Positions 56,941 to 64,000 of a stretch of 64,000 bases of DNA are shown piece by piece. Position numbers and translations under genes: made by a program. Source of the DNA: the human T2T-CHM13v2.0 reference genome, Homo sapiens; NCBI GenBank assembly GCA_009914755.4, contig CP086569.2, positions 13,088,001 through 13,152,000 on the forward strand, written 5' to 3'. Position 1 is the stretch's first letter, and the number at the start of each line of letters is the position of its first letter. The notes beneath the pieces were generated by a model. It saw only the letters and a program-made list of their open reading frames with translations, was not told the DNA's origin and made no database searches.

Positions 56941-57110
56941 GTGTGTTGTTCCCCTCTTTGTGTCCATGTGTTCTCATCATTCAGCTCCTATGTATAAGTG
57001 AGAACATGCGGTATTTGGTTTTCTGGTCCTGTGCTAGTTTGCTAAGGATAATGGCCTCCAGCTCCATCTGTGTTCCTGCAAAGGACATGATCTCGTTCTT
57101 TTTTAACTCA
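56941..57110 (-). mobile_element. L1 3'-region fragment (minus)
   Basis: 'gttctcatcattcagctcctatgtataagtgagaacatgcggtatttggttttctggtcctgtgctagtttgctaaggataatggcctccagctccatctgtgttcctgcaaaggacatgatctcgttcttttt' is the reverse complement of the L1 ORF2 C-terminal region. Confidence 0.85.
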
Positions 57111-58371
57111 AACAATAAAAGCAAGTCAGCTAAGGGAGTGGAAAAAAAAAAAAAACTCTCTGCACTCTCCTATTCGCCTGAAAGTAGACTTAGACTGTTA
57201 ATTACCAGAGACACAGGCCTAGAGGAATCTACATAACAAACCTTACTCAATTTGCCTTTATCTTCCATTAGCTTCCCTCCTGTATTTATCTTCCCAAAGT
57301 TTGCAGCTCCTAGGAGCTTAAAAGGCCTTTTTCCTTTGCCTTTTTTCTTCATGACAAATGTATTGTTCTTGGGTGATTTGTTCTATGTGCCCCATGTCCT
57401 AACCACACTTTTGAGTTACTCATCACTGACTTTCACCACAATGGATGTACACTGCAAATCTTAATAAACTCTGCTTTTCTTTGGTTCTTTGGTCAGTTCC
57501 ATTTCCAGGGCAGTAGCTAGAGAACTGAGGAAGACAGAGGAAAAAGTTGTTATTGTTGTTGTTGTTTTTCCTTCTGCTCTACCAGCGCCCTGTCAAAATC
57601 CTTAAACATTTTGGAACAGAGAGCTGTTAAAAGAAAACTTCAGACAAGTAAAATTTGGTGGAGTTTAACTGAGCAAAGAAAAGATCTTATTGAATCAGGC
57701 AGCCTTGAGGATCACAGCAGATTCAGAGACACTGCAGGGGTGCCTTGTGGTCAGAATAAATTTATAGACAAAAGAAGTAAAGTGAGGTACAGGAATCAGA
57801 AGTGCGGTATAGAAACAGTGAAATGGATTACAGCTCGGTGTTTGCCTGATTTGAACACAGTATGAACACTCAGCAGTCTGTGAGTGGTTGAAGTATGTCC
57901 CCTGGGATTGGCCAACACTCAGCTATTGTTACAGATGCATATTATTAGTTAGGTTTTCAATTTTGGCTGCCTATTAAACTAGGATACCCTTCATCCACAA
58001 GGACTCACATATAGAAGTACGGAATCCTTCTTGGGCCATATTTAGTTTGTTTTAACAGAAGTAAGCATTTTATTTTTATTTTTACCTGTTTCCCCAAGAG
58101 CTGAGCATTTTCATTTTGCACTCGGCCTTGCAAACTATACCTGGTTCTATCCACAAAGAAAAGATGCCAAGAACTGAGGTTGCTTAAGTCATTATTACTT
58201 ATATTGATAGCAAGAGTAGATTTCTGAAGGAGTTTGCTCTTAAAAGTGCGTATTTCCTGAGTCTATACTATTGACAGCATTTCTTTGGCAGGGATCTAAA
58301 TTTGGGTCTTGGGATTAAAATTAGGGAATCTGGGTTGCTAATCAAAACTCTGCTTAGAAGAAACAAAAATA

Positions 58372-58668
58372 GGCTGGGCATGGTGGCTTATGTCTGTGAT
58401 TCCAGCACTTTGGAAGGCCAAGGTGGGTAGATGGCTTGAGTCCAGGAATTTGAGACCAACCTGGGCAACATAGTGAGACCTCATCTCTATAAAGTATACA
58501 AAAATTAGGTGGGAGTCGTGGCTTATACCTGTGGTCCCAATTACTTGGGAGGCTGAGGCAGGAGGGCACTTGAGCCTGGGAGGTCGAGGCTGCAGTGAAT
58601 CATGATTGCAGCACTACACTGCAGCCTGGGTGACAGAGCAAGATCCCGTCTCAGAAAAAAAAAAAAAA
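58372..58668 (+). mobile_element. Alu (plus) with poly-A
   Basis: 'ggctgggcatggtggcttatgtctgtgattccagcactttggaaggccaaggtgggtagatggcttgagtccaggaatttgagaccaacctgggcaacatagtgagacc...cactacactgcagcctgggtgacagagcaagatcccgtctcagaaaaaaaaaaaaaag'. Confidence 0.9.
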
Positions 58669-58745
58669 GAAGGAAGGAAAGAAGGAAGAAAGGAAGGAAG
58701 GGAAGGAGGGAGGGATGGAGGGAGGAAGGGAGGAAGGGAGTCTTT
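58669..58745. repeat. (GGAA)n/(GAAGG)n purine microsatellite continuing from the Alu tail
   Basis: 'aaggaaggaaagaaggaagaaaggaaggaagggaaggagggagggatggagggaggaagggaggaagggag'. Confidence 0.9.
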
Positions 58746-61207
58746 ACTGTTTAAAGAATGAATACAGGCTGCAGATGTGGGTAGATACTTGGCATTTTCC
58801 AAGTGGGAGTTTCACTTGCATGTCATCTAAATGCAATGCAAAATCAAACAAGGCATACTTAAAGAGGCAGGATTTTTCTGATTCAGAATCCAAGTTTTCT
58901 ATTCTGCAGAATCTGTGTGTCATCCTGAAATCCGTTGCTGGAAAATGTTCATTGCTCAATTATCATCACCAAGAGGTGGCCGGGCAACAAACCATCATCC
59001 CATAACATGACCCCAAGGTATCCACCGCACAAACTGTGCTTCCACTTCCATGCAATGTGTACTTCCTGTATCTCCCGCCTGTTTTTTACAAGAGTACCAA
59101 GGAAATCTGCTGTAGTCAGAGGAGGGCTTCTGAGGCCATTTGCAGATCTGAGTAAGGAAAATCATACAACCCTGATCCTAGGAGTCTTTACCATTTGTGC
59201 GTCCATCCAATTTGGGATTTGCTTTTAAATCCCTGTACCACCCAAATCAAATATCATAAAATATTTGGATTTGAAAAAATCATTCCAAGTAGGCTGCTAA
59301 ATACACTGCTTCCTTAACTAAATTATAGCCAAGATCTGAGGTATGGTTGCTGCTTTCAGCCAAGCCTTTTGAGATTATTTATTGTTGGCCCATCTCAATT
59401 CTAATTCACATTGCTTTTCTCATCCTCTGAACAAGGTCTTGAGACAAAAGAAACTATGTATCATTTCTCCAACTTTAGACCAGTGCCTGGATTATTCTAG
59501 GTTCTCCATTTATGCTCAGCCTCTGATGGATGAATGAGTGGCACAGATCACACATACTAGTTGTAATTAAAATATTTGTGCTTAGAAAAATCCAGATAAT
59601 AAATGATTCACTTTGATATTTCTGTCTCTCTCTCTCCCCTGCTACCCTTCTGTCTGTCTTTCTTTCTCTAATTTTTGCTTTATGTTATTCCTGTCTAAAA
59701 CTTTAATCAATGCATTCCATTCCTTCAAAGCTATTAAGGATTTGAGGAGCTTATGTAAAATACTGACAACCTCAGATGGATAAAGTAGGTGGAGGTGAAT
59801 TCTGGATACAATCAAACAATATAGGTTGAAAAATATATCTTTCCTTTTCAAATACCTCTTCTGAGAATAAAGTTAAAATGTATGCTATCTTTACAAAAAT
59901 GAAATAAATGTACACATTTATCATATTAGGAATTTGGAGCTAGCTGTGCAGGCAGCTATATTAGCATGCCACCTAGTGTTTAAATTCATGTAATGATTAA
60001 AAACACGCCGTGCTCAATCAGGCTTGCATTCCTTGATGCTAAGGAAAGAATATAAATTATTTGAAGGATAATTCAGAATGAGGAAATAATAGACATCCCT
60101 TAAGTAACTATATTTGCAGACTGAATTGTATAATTTATCTTTCTATTTAGGGAAAAAGGTTAATTAAGGGCTTAAGGGGCATATGGAAAATATTGACCAC
60201 CTCGGATAGACAAGGCAGGTGAAGGTATTTTCTCGATGCAATGGGTCATGATAGGTTACTTAAGCATTGAGTTTGGAGTGTTTAGACCAATGGCAAAGGT
60301 TTGTATCATTTTGATAGATGACATTCTTTCAATTTTAATCTTAAGGTATTTTCAAAATAACCACTAGAAAAGGAAATATAATACTTATTAAGAGCTACCT
60401 ATGGGCCTATGGGCTATGTGCAAAGTCTTTTACAGATATTATCTCCATGAATCTTTGTAAGTCTGGTAATATACTTTTCAGTTGCATTTCACAGAGGGAA
60501 CAATTGAAGTACAGATACATTAGGGAATATGTCCAAAGATATTTAGCTGGCAAGAAGAACAATTACCATTCACCCCATTGTGTCAAACCCTAGAGAACAT
60601 TCTTTCCACCTCTGAACACCACTGTGTGGAAAAGAACGTGTTCCCTTGGTTATACATAGCTTGCTTTTATCTACTACCTTCTCCTTGCCATGTGGTTAAA
60701 GAAAATGGAAGGACCGGAGCCAGGGAGGGAGAAGGATCTTGCATTTGGGGTTGACAACCTTGGGGCCAGACGTCATGGTCCTGCTCCCTTTACAGTGTGG
60801 ACTCACCAAAGCCTCTTCATGTCTCCACACTCTGTGTTCTTCATCTGCAAATATAAGAGCATTTGAGAAAATGATTTCAGAAGTTATTTCTCAGGCTAAA
60901 ATCCTAAGATTCTGTTCTAGGGTTTTCTAAATTCAAAATGAACATCCTCCTAACAGTGATGAGAAAATGAATGCTTTAGAGATCTTAGAACAGACTGGCA
61001 GAGAAATTGCTCAGCCTTTGTAAGGAATTCTTTTGTAGACAAATAAGGTCTGATATGGTGGCCCCAAATCACTTAGGAAAAAGATATCCTTGTTTAATAG
61101 TTAATATTAAGACAGTTATTTCTATTTCACTTGACACTTTCATATTACTCCTTAGTGAAGACAGCACAATAATACAGTCCATTGAAATAAATCAAACACA
61201 CATAATT

Positions 61208-61650
61208 TTCTAATTTTTTTATTTCCATAGGTTTTGGGGGAACAGGTGGTGTTGGGTTACATAAGTAAGTTCTTCAGTGGTGATTTGTGAGATTTTGGTG
61301 CATCCATCACTGAGCAGTATACAATGCACTCAATTTGTAGTGTTTTATCCCTCACCCCCTTCCTACCCTTTCCCCCAGAGTCCCCAGAGTCCTGGCCTTT
61401 GCATCCTTATAGCTTAGCTCCCATTTATGAGTGAGAACATACAATGTTTGGTTTTCCATTTCTGAGTGACTTCACTTAGTCTCCAAACTGATCCACGTTG
61501 CTGTGAATGCCATTAATTCATTCCTTTTCATGGCTGATTAGTATTTCTTTGTACAAATATATACCACAGTTTCTTTATCCACCCATTGATTGGTGGGCAT
61601 TTAGGCTGGTTCCACATTTTTGCAATTGCAAATTGATGAACACACCTGAT
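61208..61650 (-). mobile_element. Old L1 (L1M/L1PB-type) 3'-end fragment, minus strand
   Basis: 'tttttatttccataggttttgggggaacaggtggtgttgggttacataagtaagttcttcagtggtgatttgtgagattttggtgcatccatcactgagcagtatacaatgcac...cccatttatgagtgagaacatacaatgtttggttttccatttctgagtgacttcacttag...tttatccacccattgattggtgggcatttaggctggttccacatttttgcaattgcaaattg' is the reverse complement of the L1 3' terminus. Confidence 0.85.
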
Positions 61651-61879
61651 TATGTTACTCCTGGTTTACACCTTTGAAAGACACTGATGGAGGGCAGGTG
61701 AGTTTCAAAGTGGGGCTTAGCCCACAGGGGTTCCTGGCTTAGCCCAGGAAAGAATTCAAGGGCAAACCAGAGGTAGAAGAAAACTGCTTTATTGAAGCAA
61801 CAGTGTTATGCTTTGTGACTGTTCCTGCAGAAAAGGGTTACCCCCTAGGAAGAGAGTAGCAGCTCAGGGCAGTTTTGCA

Positions 61880-62160
61880 GTCCTATTTATACCCATTTTT
61901 TTTTTTTTTTTCCTTGTTTGAGACAGTGTCTCACCCTGTCACCCAGGGAGTGCAAGTGGCATGATCTCACTGCAAACTCCGCCTCCCATGTTGGAACGAT
62001 TCTCCTGCCTAAGTCTCCAGAGTAGCTAAGATTACAAGCATGCACCACCACACCCGGCCAAATTTTTGTATTTTTAGTAAAGACAGAGTTTCACCATGTT
62101 GGTCAGGCTGGTCTCAATCTCCTGACCTCAAACGATCTGCCCACCTTGGCCTCCCAAAGT
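61880..62160 (-). mobile_element. Alu (minus, with an internal deletion)
   Basis: 'ttttttttttttttttccttgtttgagacagtgtctcaccctgtcacccagggagtgcaagtggcatgatctcactgcaaactccgcctcccatgttggaacgattctcctgcctaagtctccagagtagctaagattacaagcatgcaccaccacacccggcc...ccttggcctcccaaagtg'. Confidence 0.8.
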
Positions 62161-62584
62161 GTATACCCATTTTTAATTGCATGCAGATTAAGGGGTAGGT
62201 TATGCAGAAATATCTAGGGAAAGGGTCGTAATCATTGAGTTATTGGGTCATTGCCACGGAAATGGGTGGTAACTCCCAGGTGTTGCCATGGCATTGGTAA
62301 ATAGACATGGCACACTGGTGGGCATGTCTGACTGAAAGCTGCTTCAGTCTGCCCTGTTTTAGCTAGTCCTCAATCTGGTCTGGCGTCCAACCCCACCTCT
62401 GGAGTCAAGTCCCGCCTCCTACTTCAACACCATAGGGTTGATGTACATGGAGTTTTGGGGTTGGCATGGCTAGGGCGCTAGTCCCAGCCCAGTAACACCT
62501 AAGCTGTGTTCTTCTGAGCAAGTTACAGAGCATTTCAAGTCCCAGGTCCTCTTCTTGGTATTTTGGGGTGCAGTGGGTTAAATT

Positions 62585-63000
62585 GTGACCTCCTCAAATG
62601 TTACATTAAAGTTCTAAACCCTGGTACCAAATAAATGAGACTTTATTTGGAACTGGGGTCTTTAAAGATGCCATCAAGAGAAAATGAGGTCATACTAGAT
62701 GAAGGTGGGTTCTAAATTCTATATGACTATAATCTCTCTCTATAAGGAGAGAGAGATTTAAAGACACAGAGCGTAGACATTCATGTAATGACAAAGGCAG
62801 AGATTGGAGTGATATGTCCACAAGCCAAGGAATTTCAAGGATTGGCAAGGACGGATTCTACCCAGGGCCTCGGAGGAAGCACCTTGATTTTTGAACTTCT
62901 AGCCTCCAGAATTGTAGAAGAATGAATGTCTGTTTTCTTAAACCACCAAGTTTATGGTGATTTTTATGGCAGCTCTGGGCAATCTCACACAAGTGTTTAT
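62585..63000 (+). mobile_element. MaLR LTR (MLT1-type), plus strand
   Basis: 'aaccctggtaccaaataaatgagactttatttggaactggggtctttaaagatgccatcaagagaaaatgaggtcatactagatgaaggtgggttctaaa...agacacagagcgtagacattcatgtaatgacaaaggcagagattggagtgatatgtccacaagccaaggaatttcaaggattggcaagg...ttgatttttgaacttctagcctccagaattgtagaagaatgaatgtctgttttcttaaaccaccaagtttatggtgatttttatggcagctctgggcaa'. Confidence 0.8.
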
Positions 63001-63149
63001 ACCTAAATCATGAGGCTGAATTAAGAAGGAAATAAGAGACTTCATCAAAGCTCTGGCACATTCTGGGGGGATCAAAGCAGTGCTGCTCCGAGGTTGTTGA
63101 TGACTACTTCTCTTTGCTTTGTAGAACTTGGCTGCTCAGGAGAGGCAAT

Positions 63150-63700
63150 GGCTTATCAGCTGTTGCTGAAATTTCCAGACTGCCAGGAGACCAATTGCTA
63201 TGTCACTCAGTGCCAGTATGTGTGAAAGGAAAATATCCTGGGCCCCCAGAATGACTCAGGAAAACTCAAGCTGGAAACTGCTAAGGGCAAACCTGCTTCC
63301 AATTGTATTCAAAGTCACCCCTCTGCTCACTGAGATAGATGGATAATTGATCGCCTCTTTTGGAAAGGCTAAGCAGAAAGTCAAAAGAATGCAACTGTTT
63401 GTGTCTCACCATCTGTGACCTCAAAGCCCCCTCCCACCTCAAGACTTCCAGCCTTGCTTCAATTGGTCCCGCCTTTCCAAAGCGAACCAATGTATGTCTT
63501 ACATATGTTGATTGATGTCTCATGTCTCCCTAAAATGTATAAAATCAAGCTGTGCCAGGACCACCTTAGGCACATGTCATCAGGGTCCCATGAGGCTGTG
63601 TCATGCATGGGCGTGTCCTCAACCTTGACAAAATAATCTTTCTAAGTTAACTGAGACCTCTCAGATTTTCTGGGTTCAGACAAATTTTGCTGAATTATTG
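63150..63700 (+). mobile_element. Old LTR-like interspersed repeat, second long copy (paralogue of 56320-56900)
   Basis: 'tgtgtgaaaggaaaatatcctgggcccccagaatgactcaggaaaactcaagctggaaactgctaagggcaaacctgcttccaattgtattcaaagtcacccctctgctcactgagatagatggataattgatcgcctcttttggaaaggctaagcagaaagtcaaaagaatgcaactgtttgtgtctcacc...tgattgatgtctcatgtctccctaaaatgtataaaatcaagctgtgccaggaccaccttaggcacatgtcatcagg...gttaactgagacctctcagattttctgggttca'. Confidence 0.45.
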
Positions 63701-63934
63701 CAACAGTCCTGATTCAGTTTCTATCTATTGTTGACAAACATAAACCCTTTTGGTTGGCTACTGGCCATGTTCAGACTTGTTGCTCTTAATACACTGTTTA
63801 AATGTCTGGTATGTTGCATCCTGATGACACAGGGCCTTATATTTAGAGCAAAGCAACTGAGCAGATGGCACAAGTGTCTGTAGGTGCTTGTTTTCTGGCA
63901 CAGGAAGATATGCTTAGAAAATGGAAATTAGGGT

Positions 63935-64000
63935 TGGTGCAGTGGCTTATGCCTGTAATTCCAGCACTTTGGGAGGCTGAGGCAGGAGGATCACTAGGGG
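63935..64000 (+). mobile_element. Alu 5' end (runs off the window)
   Basis: 'gggttggtgcagtggcttatgcctgtaattccagcactttgggaggctgaggcaggaggatcac'. Confidence 0.85.

Noticed and set aside
56320-63700. Two co-oriented LTR-like copies 6.8 kb apart as the LTRs of an intact endogenous provirus
   Set aside because: The interior has no gag/pol/env-like ORFs (nothing above 100 aa in the track) and no recognisable primer-binding site after the 5' copy. It is composed of L1 fragments, Alus, a MaLR LTR and additional partial copies of the same repeat. The copies are roughly 15% diverged from each other. This is left as a low-interest finding only.

Overview
This window is primate, almost certainly human, non-coding DNA. 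More than half of it is recognisable interspersed repeats, and I cannot support any cellular protein-coding gene. It is not prokaryotic, and I found no rRNA or tRNA genes, CRISPR arrays or CpG island.

The main repeat content is:
- a full-length but coding-dead L1PA element at 255-6412 (+), inserted into a solo LTR12/HERV9-type LTR whose halves lie at 1-254 and 6413-6637;
- a second LTR12 at about 8790-9322 carrying about nine tandem CCAAT-box repeats;
- about 40 Alu elements or fragments on both strands;
- a young 5'-truncated L1PA2/3-like 3' end at 39875-40806 (+) with a clear target-site duplication (TSD);
- several old L1 3' fragments, several MaLR (MLT1/MST-type) LTRs, and an unnamed old repeat family with copies at 54.3, 56.3, 57.6 and 63.1 kb.

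The most unusual structures are tandem arrays:
- a roughly 5.7 kb minisatellite at 31853-37585, with a unit of about 29-30 bp, roughly 190 copies, and a locally visible 90-bp higher-order repeat. Every unit carries the palindromic ETS-like core CAGGA-CACACT-TCCTG. It merges at its 3' end into a roughly 270 bp (TTTC/TTCC)n polypyrimidine tract.
- a roughly 57-bp tandem array at 13190-14654 (about 21 units, interrupted by an Alu with an 8-bp TSD), with a short direct block at 12588-12790 and an inverted block at 11075-11295 about 1.3 kb upstream.

Smaller items are an Alu whose A-rich linker has expanded into a roughly 180 bp TA/TG compound microsatellite, a roughly 365 bp local duplication (46585-46955 vs 48292-48648) that includes an Alu monomer, and a short candidate micro-exon with consensus splice signals at about 15862-15893.

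The long ORFs in the six-frame track all fall inside L1 ORF2 remnants, the minisatellite, the CT tract, or MaLR/Alu sequence, and I judge them spurious as cellular genes. All repeat subfamily names and coordinates are by eye from memory of consensus sequences, with no tools, and should be confirmed with RepeatMasker/Dfam, TRF and a self dot-plot.
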